This document shows positions 8,733 to 16,548 of a stretch of 56,167 nt of DNA, piece after piece. The translations under genes and the position numbers were made by a program. Numbering within the stretch: the first letter of the stretch is position 1; each line of letters starts with the position of its first letter. The stretch lies in the NCBI GenBank assembly GCA_002436205.1, contig DJKT01000041.1:1-56167 (forward strand), written 5' to 3'. The notes beneath the pieces were generated by a model. It was not told the origin of the DNA and searched no databases. It saw only the letters and a list, made by a program, of their open reading frames with translations. This DNA comes from Candidatus Peribacter sp. UBA6535 (GTDB taxonomy: Bacteria; Patescibacteriota; Gracilibacteria; Peribacterales; Peribacteraceae).

Positions 8733-9701
8733 CTATCTTTGGCGGAGGGAGCGGGATTCGAACCCGCGAGACCCTTGCGGGCCCACTCGCTTTCGAGGCG
8801 AGCGCTTTCGACCACTCAGCCATCCCTCCATAGGCAATCTACCTGCTGGAGGACTAGGTTGCATACGATTCCGAGGTAGTTTTCGATCCGTAGGGAGTCC
8901 TAACTCTTCTCTGCGTTCACGAATCTGCTCTGGAATTTCATCACGATCAAACAAAGGAGATGGTCCTGGCTTTCTTGTACCTGGTTTTCTACCCCACTGT
9001 TCGTGAGCACGATTGCGAATGCTTCCTACATGCTCTCTAAATGCACGCACCTCTTCTGGCCTTAGAGTTCCATCTTGTACCCTCTCCAAAAATTCTTGAT
9101 GCCGTTTCATAACATCATCCACACGAGTCTGAATCAGCTCACGATGTTCCTCCGGAACACGATCAAGATGCTCTTGTAGTTTTTCCATTCGATGCTCAAT
9201 ACGCTCTTCCAAATGCACACGACGATCCTGTGTAAATACTTCACTCGAAGACAAGTATTCTGCTTCCTTAAGTCGACGCTTTAGTCTGCGCCTCTCCCAT
9301 TCTGCTCTGCGCTCAGGAGCAAATGAAAGAGCGACATCAATGAGTGGCTCTGTAATATCAACTTTCACAGTATAAAGAGTATCGCCAGGAACAGCTGTCT
9401 GAGAAGCGTACGCAACACTACCTCCACCAACACTAAAAATCAGCAAGGCAACCATCATACTGGCGACCAGCTTATGAAAAATGAACCAGTTAAATACAGA
9501 GGAGTACCCTGGGACTATTATAGGGTTACTATTCATGTGGCTAGCAATTGCACTAAAGGAATCTGCTTTCTCAAGAGAGCTGAGATTAATTTGCTTAGCA
9601 CTCGCAAACGTAGAGATACCTTGCCAAAGTAATGCCTTCTCTTTAGAAGAAAGTTGCAAACGCTTGGCATCGCCGAAGAATTGCTTGGTGAACTTATCCA
9701 T
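8733..9701 (-). CDS. Membrane-anchored anti-sigma-factor-like protein (DUF5667-like); the reading frame continues through tRNA-Ser
   Basis: The first ATG is at 9701 (MDKFTKQFFGD) and overlaps the sigma-factor stop by 8 nt. There is one TM (VASMMVALLIFSVGGG). The extracytoplasmic part (YTVKVDITEPLIDVALSFAPERRAEWERRRL) resembles DUF5667 domains found after ECF sigma genes. The last ~32 codons are the tRNA-Ser(CGA) sequence itself. Confidence 0.5.
   Translation of the reverse strand: MDKFTKQFFGDAKRLQLSSKEKALLWQGISTFASAKQINLSSLEKADSFSAIASHMNSNPIIVPGYSSVFNWFIFHKLVASMMVALLIFSVGGGSVAYASQTAVPGDTLYTVKVDITEPLIDVALSFAPERRAEWERRRLKRRLKEAEYLSSSEVFTQDRRVHLEERIEHRMEKLQEHLDRVPEEHRELIQTRVDDVMKRHQEFLERVQDGTLRPEEVRAFREHVGSIRNRAHEQWGRKPGTRKPGPSPLFDRDEIPEQIRERREELGLPTDRKLPRNRMQPSPPAGRLPMEGWLSGRKRSPRKRVGPQGSRGFESRSLRQR
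8740..8829 (-). tRNA. tRNA-Ser (anticodon CGA), class II with a long variable arm, CCA encoded
   Basis: The reverse complement folds by hand as GGAGGGA/TG/GCT-loop-AGC/G/CTCGC-CTCGAAA-GCGAG/18-nt variable arm/GCGGG-TTCGAAT-CCCGC/TCCCTCC/G/CCA, 90 nt in total. The anticodon loop is C-U-CGA-A-A. Confidence 0.93.
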
Positions 9702-10224
9702 AACTTGCAAGAATCGTACGTAACATTTTCATGCCTCTATTTAATCGAACAGAAACGACATTGGCAGTTTCATTTAAAAGTTCCGCTATCTCTTTCGGAG
9801 AGAGTTCATCGATGTATCGCATAATGATTGCAGCACGATACGGCTCTTCTAACTCATGTAACACTTTTGCAATCGCTTTCGCGTCAAACACTTGGCCTTG
9901 GTCTCTGCCATCCTCTCCTTTGATGTCAAATCCATCCTCAACCATATCTTCAAATGAAACTATTTTCCGCTTCTTCGCCCTGCGTGCCTCATCGACCAAA
10001 ATATTATTTGCTGCTCTATAAAGAAAAGCTTGGACATTATCGATATCTTTTCCTGCTACTAAATAATCCCACGCCTTCATAAATACCTCCTGCATCAGCT
10101 CTTTTGCCCGCTCTCTATCAAAACATCTGTAGCAACAATGACGAAAAATTGCATCAGCAAATTCATCGTACGCAATGGCGAAATCGGCATCGGCCCCTGG
10201 GTGACTTTTGATGGTCATCAACAT
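9694..10224 (-). CDS. ECF-type RNA polymerase sigma-70 family factor
   Basis: 176 aa. Region 2 reads FAIAYDEFADAIFRHCCYRCFDRERAKELMQEVFMKAWDY. Region 4 reads PYRAAIIMRYIDELSPKEIAELLNETANVVSVRLNRGMKMLR. Confidence 0.85.
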   Translation of the reverse strand: MLMTIKSHPGADADFAIAYDEFADAIFRHCCYRCFDRERAKELMQEVFMKAWDYLVAGKDIDNVQAFLYRAANNILVDEARRAKKRKIVSFEDMVEDGFDIKGEDGRDQGQVFDAKAIAKVLHELEEPYRAAIIMRYIDELSPKEIAELLNETANVVSVRLNRGMKMLRTILASYG

Positions 10225-10355
10225 ATATGACGTACAGATAACCTCATTCTTACATCATATGCTGACTTTTTCTGTAAAAATTGTAAGAGTTCTGATCTTC
10301 GATCGTCATAACTCCTGACAGTGCAAATGTCATTTTACTTCTTACCCCTATTACT

Positions 10356-11078
10356 ATGACTACAGCACAACGATTTGTATCCCTTTCCCTTCTCAGTGGA
10401 CTCACTCTCGCAGTAGCGCCACTAGCCGGTGCTCAAGGTCCTTTTAGAGACCTTGATGATGATACTCGATCTGAGATCAGGGCAGAGCTAGAAGCCTGCC
10501 GTGAAAACAATGAAGAAGTAGAAGACCGAAAAGCATGTGCAGAAGCAGTCTTTGCTTCACATGGTATTGAGAAACCAGAAAACCATGGTCGTCGTGGGCA
10601 ACGTCGTGGCCAACGTCGTGGCCAACGCGATGGACAGAAGCAGGATATCCCCGAGGATGTTCGTGAAGAGCTTAAAGCATGCCGAGAAGAAAATATTGGC
10701 GACCACGAAGCTGCGAAGGCATGTGCTAAAGAAGTCTTTAGTGAAAATGGCATCGAGATGCCAGAGCACAGAGGTCGTGGCCAAAAGATTGGTCACAAGT
10801 TCCGCTCGAACATCACAGAAACCTGTGGCGAACGTGAGAGCACAGAAGAATGGCGCGAATGTGCTAAAGAAGCTCGTGGAACAATTCGCAGTGAGTTTCA
10901 GGAAGAGCGCCCTAGAGCTTTTAACAGATTCCAGAACCGAAGGCGTCGTGGTGGTATTGGTGCCAGCGCAGATCTTCGCTCGGAACTAAGAGCATGTCTC
11001 GAGCTCGAAGATAACGAAGAGCTTAGAGAATGTGTTTTTGGAGTGCGACAGGCTGCCAGAGAGCAATCACAAGGTTAA
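10356..11078 (+). CDS. Secreted, highly charged protein with four Cys-x11-13-Cys repeat modules
   Basis: 240 aa with a signal-peptide-like N-terminus (LSLLSGLTLAVAPLAGAQG). The repeats are ELEACRENNEEVEDRKACAEAVF, ELKACREENIGDHEAAKACAKEVF, ETCGERESTEEWRECAKEA and ELRACLELEDNEELRECVFG. Confidence 0.55.
   Translation: MTTAQRFVSLSLLSGLTLAVAPLAGAQGPFRDLDDDTRSEIRAELEACRENNEEVEDRKACAEAVFASHGIEKPENHGRRGQRRGQRRGQRDGQKQDIPEDVREELKACREENIGDHEAAKACAKEVFSENGIEMPEHRGRGQKIGHKFRSNITETCGERESTEEWRECAKEARGTIRSEFQEERPRAFNRFQNRRRRGGIGASADLRSELRACLELEDNEELRECVFGVRQAAREQSQG
10590..10625 (+). repeat. 12-nt tandem repeat x3 (CGTCGTGG[G/C]CAA) encoding RRGQRRGQRRGQ
   Basis: Direct reading gives cgtcgtgggcaa cgtcgtggccaa cgtcgtggccaa. 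The repeat is in frame inside the secreted protein gene. Confidence 0.9.
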
Positions 11079-11162
11079 TTGATATAGATAGATAAAGTGG
11101 AAACAGTATTGGCAGGTTTGCACGAGCTGACCTGCCTTTTACTGATCTGCTACTATATTGTT

Positions 11163-11567
11163 ATGAATTTCCCCATCGAGATCGGCCATAAATATCAGCT
11201 CATTGCCAAAGAAATTGGGTTCAATCCTGAAGATATCGAAGAGCATTTCGCCCGTGGAAGCGGTCATGGAGGTCAGAGTATTAATAAATCTACCAACTGT
11301 GTAGAGCTCCACCACAAGCCCACAGGGATAGATGTTCGCTACCAACACCACCGAGGTTTGCTGAGAAATCGTAAAGAAGCATGGGAACTCATGATTACAA
11401 AAGTAGAGGAAAGTATAAAAGGAGAAGCGTCTGCTCTCGGACAAAAGAAACACAAGATTCAAAAGCAGAAGCAACGTAGATCCAGAAGATCTAAAGAGAA
11501 AATGTTAGAAGAAAAGAAAAAACGATCCGAGATCAAAGAATTTCGCAGATCAATAGAAACAGACTAA
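11163..11567 (+). CDS. RF-1-domain peptidyl-tRNA hydrolase (ArfB/ICT1-like ribosome rescue factor)
   Basis: 134 aa from the first ATG; the track ORF starts at an upstream GTG. It has the GGQ motif in GSGHGGQSINKSTNCVELHHKPTGI and a long basic C-terminal tail (KKHKIQKQKQRRSRRSKEKMLEEKKKRSEIKEFRR). There is no codon-recognition domain. Confidence 0.75.
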   Translation: MNFPIEIGHKYQLIAKEIGFNPEDIEEHFARGSGHGGQSINKSTNCVELHHKPTGIDVRYQHHRGLLRNRKEAWELMITKVEESIKGEASALGQKKHKIQKQKQRRSRRSKEKMLEEKKKRSEIKEFRRSIETD

Positions 11568-11645
11568 AACTGTGAAACGCATCACTACGTCAAATACTTT
11601 TTACAAAGAGAAAGCGTATACTTAGCAAACCCTTCCTCTCTTATA

Positions 11646-12347
11646 ATGAAAACATTGCGATCTATTATTGCTACAGTCTCCATACTTACTCTCTGCGCCG
11701 GAGTGATTCCACCAGCTCAAGCAAGTGGCATCAGTGGAGGGGCGTTAGGAAATGGCATTCGTAATGCATCACCAAGAGGATTCAAAAGGAGTATCTCCAG
11801 AGCACGTGACAAATTAAATACAGAATGTCAGCACTTAGAAGATGCAAATGAAAAGCGCAGGTGCGTGATGGACTATAGAAAAATGATTCGAGATGAAGCA
11901 ACACCAGTGACAGAGGGTTATGTTGATTATAACCTCGAACGCAGAAGTCAAAATTGTGGACATTTCCCACGCATTACAGACCGAAGAGCATGTATGCGTA
12001 GCTTGAGGGCGCGTATTCCACAGGGCAACCGACGAGCACTGAATAAACGAACACGAACACGGGCTGTAAAAGAGCAAAGGGAAGAATGTCGCGAAAAGGA
12101 AACCTCTGCAGAGAGACTTCGATGCTTGCGCAGTCAGGGTAATGCTCGCAGATCAAAGGTAATTCAGCTCGACAGAAGGAGACCTCTGATGGAAAAAGCT
12201 CCCGTGAACTTTATCGCTCCACAGGGTCTGCGCCGAAACTTAAGCCGAGCACGAGACCTCAAAAGAGAAGAGTGCGGCAGCATTACTGATGGAAATGAAA
12301 AACGCTCCTGCATGAAGCGTATTGATGCAATGTATAAAGGGTATTAA
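11646..12347 (+). CDS. Secreted basic protein with four Cys-x11-Cys repeat modules (paralogue-like to 10356..11078)
   Basis: 233 aa with a signal peptide (ILTLCAGVIPPAQASG). The repeats are ECQHLEDANEKRRCVMDY, NCGHFPRITDRRACMRSL, ECREKETSAERLRCLRSQ and ECGSITDGNEKRSCMKRI. Confidence 0.55.
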   Translation: MKTLRSIIATVSILTLCAGVIPPAQASGISGGALGNGIRNASPRGFKRSISRARDKLNTECQHLEDANEKRRCVMDYRKMIRDEATPVTEGYVDYNLERRSQNCGHFPRITDRRACMRSLRARIPQGNRRALNKRTRTRAVKEQREECREKETSAERLRCLRSQGNARRSKVIQLDRRRPLMEKAPVNFIAPQGLRRNLSRARDLKREECGSITDGNEKRSCMKRIDAMYKGY

Positions 12348-12349
12348 GC

Positions 12350-12559
12350 CTAAACCTTCTTTCCAGCCTGCATCCTCTTTGCCAGAGTACGGATGTAAGA
12401 AGCTGCCACCTTTACCTTTTTGTACTCTCCTGTAGCAGGATCGTAAATACGTGTTTTCTGGATATTGGGCTTAAATGTACGCTTTGTTGAACGCATAGAT
12501 TTGCTCCGTGTTTGACCACTTGAGGTTTTCTTGCCAGTTTTACTGCATTTGCGTGCCAT
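12350..12559 (-). CDS. rpmB: 50S ribosomal protein L28
   Basis: 69 aa, MARKCSKTGKKTSSGQTRSKSMRSTKRTFKPNIQKTRIYDP...VKVAASYIRTL. Confidence 0.93.
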   Translation of the reverse strand: MARKCSKTGKKTSSGQTRSKSMRSTKRTFKPNIQKTRIYDPATGEYKKVKVAASYIRTLAKRMQAGKKV

Positions 12560-12597
12560 TTCGGAGAAATCCTACGGATAGAGCACCTCGGGGTCAA

Positions 12598-13320
12598 ATG
12601 TTTACTAAAAAGAATCCCAATTCTCCTAATTCCTTGCTATCCTTACGCGCAATGGCTTCCTTCCTCACCCCCACCTTCATTATTGCTATCCTCATAGCAG
12701 TAGCTGTTCATGAGTGGGCTCATGGATATGCAGCATGGAAGCTAGGAGACCCAACAGCAAAGTATGACGGAAGGCTAACACTCAATCCGCTTGCACACCT
12801 AGACCCTGTGGGAACCGTTCTCTTTGTACTGGTTGGATTTGGATGGGGAAAGCCAGTTCCTGTAGACCCTCGCTACTTCAAGCACACCATACGAGACAGT
12901 GCAATTGTGGCTTTTGCAGGCCCCTTAAGTAATATCATCCTCGCATTCGGAGCATTCTTCTTAGCTCTTGCTTTTGGAATGAAGGCAGAAGTACTCGCAG
13001 TAACAGGAGCGCTGATTGCCCCAAACAATCAACCGGTTCTCATTACATTTATTGCAGAACTTCTTGGCGACATCATTCATATCAATCTGGTGCTCATGGC
13101 ATTTAACTTGCTGCCTATTGCTCCACTGGATGGAAGCAAGATCGTCCGTATCTTCCTGCCTTATGAATACGAATATCAATATCAGCAGTTTATGCAGAAG
13201 GGTCCATGGATTCTTCTGGCTCTGATTATTGCAGGCAGCGCCTTTGGTATTCCGGTTCTTAGTATGTGGATTACTATTATTATGTCTCCGTTCCTGGGGT
13301 TAATGTACGCACTGATATGA
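12598..13320 (+). CDS. Site-2 protease family (peptidase M50) membrane metalloprotease
   Basis: The HEWAH zinc motif sits in a TM segment (IAVAVHEWAHGYAAWKLGDPTAK...LTLNPLAHLDPVGT). The motif NLLPIAPLDGSKI is also present. The start was placed at ATG 12598 so that the gene does not overlap rpmB; ATG 12652 is also possible. Confidence 0.75.
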   Translation: MFTKKNPNSPNSLLSLRAMASFLTPTFIIAILIAVAVHEWAHGYAAWKLGDPTAKYDGRLTLNPLAHLDPVGTVLFVLVGFGWGKPVPVDPRYFKHTIRDSAIVAFAGPLSNIILAFGAFFLALAFGMKAEVLAVTGALIAPNNQPVLITFIAELLGDIIHINLVLMAFNLLPIAPLDGSKIVRIFLPYEYEYQYQQFMQKGPWILLALIIAGSAFGIPVLSMWITIIMSPFLGLMYALI

Positions 13321-13475
13321 GCAAACTCGCAATCTTTTCAGAACTCTGGCAGTTCCTTAAAGTTCGCAAGAAGTGGTGGCTGCTTCCTATTTTGATATTG
13401 ATTGTTCTCCTAGGACTTATCCTCGTCTTTGCGCAAGGGTCTGCGTTGGCACCGTTCATCTACACCGTTTTCTAA
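13317..13475 (+). CDS. DUF5989 family small membrane protein
   Basis: 52 aa, MSKLAIFSELWQFLKVRKKWWLLPILILIVLLGLILVFAQGSALAPFIYTVF. This is the typical sequence of the small protein that accompanies SxtJ and carbamoyltransferase genes. Its ATG overlaps the M50 stop (ATGA). Confidence 0.65.
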   Translation: MSKLAIFSELWQFLKVRKKWWLLPILILIVLLGLILVFAQGSALAPFIYTVF

Positions 13476-13772
13476 ATGAAGTTCCTCGCAGTCCTCGCAG
13501 TCCTCGTCTTCTTCGTTATCCTTTGTGATAAGTACGAAGAGAAACTTCCTCCTCCGGTTAGCTGGATCTATGCAGTCTGGAAAAAGTTCTCACACATACT
13601 AGGAGTTATTATGAGCTTTTTGATACTGACTGTTCTCTGGATCATCGGCTTTGGTATATACGCAATCATTACAAAAATTGTTACGTTTCCGAGCCGATGT
13701 AAGCCAGATCCTAAGTCTTATTGGATCAACTGTGAACCGACCACAGTGGAATCTATGAAACACCAATTCTAA
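13476..13772 (+). CDS. SxtJ-like small membrane protein
   Basis: 98 aa with 2-3 TM segments. It starts immediately after the DUF5989 stop, and its own stop overlaps the carbamoyltransferase ATG (TAATG). The assignment rests on context and the W..F..ILG..MSF.IL pattern. Confidence 0.5.
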   Translation: MKFLAVLAVLVFFVILCDKYEEKLPPPVSWIYAVWKKFSHILGVIMSFLILTVLWIIGFGIYAIITKIVTFPSRCKPDPKSYWINCEPTTVESMKHQF

Positions 13773-15532
13773 TGAGTAAGCCTGTCTTTATCCTCGGCCT
13801 CTCTTGTTACTACCACGACAGTGGTGCTGTTCTTCTTAAGGATGGAAAGGTGATCTTTGCAGCACAAGAAGAACGGTACACACGAAAGAAGCAAGATGAC
13901 AGACTTCCTGTGAGTGCGATCAACAAAGCTTTGGAATATGCCGGTATTACGATGGGAGACATTGCTGCGATCGGTTTTTACGAAAAACCCTTCCTCAAGT
14001 TCTTCGACCGCATCCTAACCACGTACTTTAAAACGTGGCCTCTGGGACTGAGGCAGTATCAGATGGCTATGCAGGAATGGATGCATACCAAGCTCTGGAT
14101 TCCGCAACACATAGAGAAAGACTTAGGATACAAAGGGGAAATATTCTACGTCCCGCACCATGAGTCTCATGCAGCCTCCAGCTTCTACTGCTCAGGTTTT
14201 GAAGATTCTTGCATAGTGACTGTCGACGGTGTTGGGGAATGGGCAACAACGACTATTGGATATGGAAAAGGTAAACATCTGGATCTAAAAAAAGAAATTC
14301 ACTTCCCGCATTCCCTCGGCCTCCTCTACTCTGCCATTACCTACTACCTCGGATTTAAAGTAAACAGTGCAGAGTACAAAGTGATGGGACTCGCCCCGTA
14401 TGGTGAGCCCAAATACATCGACCAGTTCCGAGAGTTGATAACGATAAAACCAGATGGATCATTTAAATTGAACATGAAGTACTTTACGTACGAATGGGGA
14501 CTAAAGATGACAGGTAAGCGCATCGAAAAGCTCTTTGGACAGCCAACCCGGAAAGGTGAATCCGAACTGACGCAATTCCATAAAGACATAGCAGCAAGCC
14601 TACAAAAAATTACCGAAGAAGCGATGCTTGCAATCTGTAAACATGCAAAAGAGATCTGCCCATCAGAAAACCTCTGCCTTGCAGGAGGTGTCGCACTTAA
14701 CTGTGTAGCGAATGGTGAAATTTTACGATCAGGTTTGTTTAAAGATATCTTTATTCAACCTGCTTCCGGTGATGCAGGCGGTGCCCTGGGAGTAGCACTA
14801 AGTATTTGGCATAAGAAATTTGATGGTGACCGCTTCCCAAGAATTAATGATGTCTATTGGGGTACGGAATATAGTGATGATGAAGTTGAGGCATTCCTCA
14901 AAAAAGAAGATCTCCCCTATCAAAAACTAGATGATGCATCGATAATTGATCGTGTTTCTTCGCTACTCGAAGGCGAAAACGTAATCGGCTGGTTCCAGGG
15001 ACGTATGGAGTTTGGGCCAAGGGCACTGGGGAACAGATCCATCATTGCAGACGCTCGCAACAAAGAAAACTGGCAGAAGGTAAACCTCAAAATAAAATTC
15101 CGTGAGTCCTTCCGGCCGTTTGCTCCGACAGTGCTGGAGGAGAATGTACATGAATATTTTGACCTGGATAGAGAGAGCCCGTACATGTTGCTCGTTGCAG
15201 ACGTTCAACCTGATAAATGTGCAGTGATTCCTGCTGTCACACATGTAGATGATTCCGCTCGCATTCAAACCATCAGTGAGACGCAGAATCCTAAGTACTA
15301 TAATTTGATCAAAGCATTTCGAGAGAAAACTGATTGTGCCGTCATTATTAATACCTCATTTAATGTCCGTGGAGAGCCAATCGTCGAGAGTCCCAAAGAT
15401 GCTCTCAATTGTTTCCTCAACACACACATGGACTATTTGGTGATGGGTAATATCTTGATGGAGAAAACCAAGATGCCTGCAGATCGTGTTTTGCAAAGTG
15501 ATGATTATCTACAAAAATTTGAATTGGATTGA
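13772..15532 (+). CDS. Carbamoyltransferase (NodU/CmcH family)
   Basis: 586 aa. It contains ILGLSCYYHDSGAVLLKDGKVIFAAQEERYTRKKQD, HHESHAASSF, CLAGGVALNCVANG and RMEFGPRALGNRSIIAD...INTSFNVRGEPIV. Confidence 0.9.
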   Translation: MSKPVFILGLSCYYHDSGAVLLKDGKVIFAAQEERYTRKKQDDRLPVSAINKALEYAGITMGDIAAIGFYEKPFLKFFDRILTTYFKTWPLGLRQYQMAMQEWMHTKLWIPQHIEKDLGYKGEIFYVPHHESHAASSFYCSGFEDSCIVTVDGVGEWATTTIGYGKGKHLDLKKEIHFPHSLGLLYSAITYYLGFKVNSAEYKVMGLAPYGEPKYIDQFRELITIKPDGSFKLNMKYFTYEWGLKMTGKRIEKLFGQPTRKGESELTQFHKDIAASLQKITEEAMLAICKHAKEICPSENLCLAGGVALNCVANGEILRSGLFKDIFIQPASGDAGGALGVALSIWHKKFDGDRFPRINDVYWGTEYSDDEVEAFLKKEDLPYQKLDDASIIDRVSSLLEGENVIGWFQGRMEFGPRALGNRSIIADARNKENWQKVNLKIKFRESFRPFAPTVLEENVHEYFDLDRESPYMLLVADVQPDKCAVIPAVTHVDDSARIQTISETQNPKYYNLIKAFREKTDCAVIINTSFNVRGEPIVESPKDALNCFLNTHMDYLVMGNILMEKTKMPADRVLQSDDYLQKFELD

Positions 15533-16521
15533 TGAGAAAAGACCTCCTCATAAATATCGGCCTCACTATTGGATCTTTGATCGCTTTCTTGCTGGTGATC
15601 GAATTCACCCTCCGCATCACAGGACTACAAACTGTTAAACTGAGTCCTCCTAAGATTTATCAACAATCAGGCAATCCCGAGATTAGTTATGAACTTATTC
15701 CAAATCTGCGAAGTGAGCCTGCCTACAAAGCAACCGTCAGTACAGACAACCACGGCTTTCGCCTGAACTCTTCAAGTCCAAAACCTTCTGGTCGAAAACT
15801 TATTGCAGTCCTTGGCGACTCCATTACTTTTGGTCACGGCGTAAACGATGACCAAACACTCCCCGCTCAACTTTCTGCAAAAAACATCAATGCGCACTAC
15901 CTAAATACTGCAGTGCCCGGATATCAACTCGGCCAACAAACCGCTTTGTATAGAGAAAAGGTGAAGCCACTGAATCCCGATAGTGTGATGCTGGTGTTTT
16001 ACTGGAACGACCTTGATGCAGGGGGTCCAGGCATCCTCGATAACCAAGGAATTTTGCGTGGTCACGGATGGGTACCATCAAAACATAAATGTCAGCCAAT
16101 AGAATCTGGAATAGTAGGAATGATCCCTGGAAAGTGTTGGCTCGATACACACAGTGCATTCTACAAAGCTTTTAAAAAAATGATGAATCTTAAGGCAGGG
16201 AAAAAGGTTCAGCAACAAGAGCGTACAACAGTAGCTGATAAAGACTCTGTGACATCCAACGATCTAAAAGACTACGCACTAGAACTTGAGAAGTTAACAA
16301 CAGACCTTCCAGAAAATAGAACATTCGTTATTTGGCCTGATAACTTTCTCCATACCGAGACAAAACCAGAACTGATACAGATTGCCGAGCGTAATGGCTT
16401 TACCGTTATTGATCTCTATGACCTCTTCGGGAATCAAGTAGAAACGCTCAGCTGGGACACTGTGCACCCAAGTCCTAAAGCGATTGAGGAGGCTGCCAGA
16501 TTTATATCTGAAAAATGGTAA
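15532..16521 (+). CDS. SGNH/GDSL-family hydrolase or acyl-esterase with an N-terminal membrane anchor
   Basis: It has GDSL block I (IAVLGDSITFGHG) and a C-terminal D..HP block (SWDTVHPSPKAI). The ATG overlaps the carbamoyltransferase stop (TGATG). Confidence 0.75.
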   Translation: MRKDLLINIGLTIGSLIAFLLVIEFTLRITGLQTVKLSPPKIYQQSGNPEISYELIPNLRSEPAYKATVSTDNHGFRLNSSSPKPSGRKLIAVLGDSITFGHGVNDDQTLPAQLSAKNINAHYLNTAVPGYQLGQQTALYREKVKPLNPDSVMLVFYWNDLDAGGPGILDNQGILRGHGWVPSKHKCQPIESGIVGMIPGKCWLDTHSAFYKAFKKMMNLKAGKKVQQQERTTVADKDSVTSNDLKDYALELEKLTTDLPENRTFVIWPDNFLHTETKPELIQIAERNGFTVIDLYDLFGNQVETLSWDTVHPSPKAIEEAARFISEKW

Positions 16522-16548
16522 TTTTCCATTTTCAATTTTCCATTTTCA
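16521..16548. repeat. Perfect 14-nt tandem duplication (ATTTTCCATTTTCA x2) across the convergent stops of two genes
   Basis: Copies lie at 16521-16534 and 16535-16548. The first copy contains the GT4 stop (16532-16534). The second encodes the GT4 C-terminal residues KMEN. Confidence 0.9.

Noticed and set aside
8482-8823. 113-aa minus-strand ORF (MAEWSKALASKASGPARVSRVRIPLPPP...)
   Set aside because: Its N-terminal part is simply tRNA-Ser(CGA) read in another frame. The rest is the non-coding spacer before the histone-fold sORF, and it has no coding features.
11097-11162. GTG-initiated 22-codon extension of the ArfB-like ORF
   Set aside because: It is a hydrophobic, non-conserved-looking leader (ETVLAGLHELTCLLLICYYIV) that is inconsistent with a soluble rescue factor. 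The first ATG at 11163 gives a typical length.
12508-12597. 30-codon N-terminal extension of the M50 protease ORF
   Set aside because: It would overlap the rpmB coding region on the opposite strand and adds Cys/Phe-rich non-homologous sequence. ATG 12598 or 12652 gives a normal M50 N-terminus.
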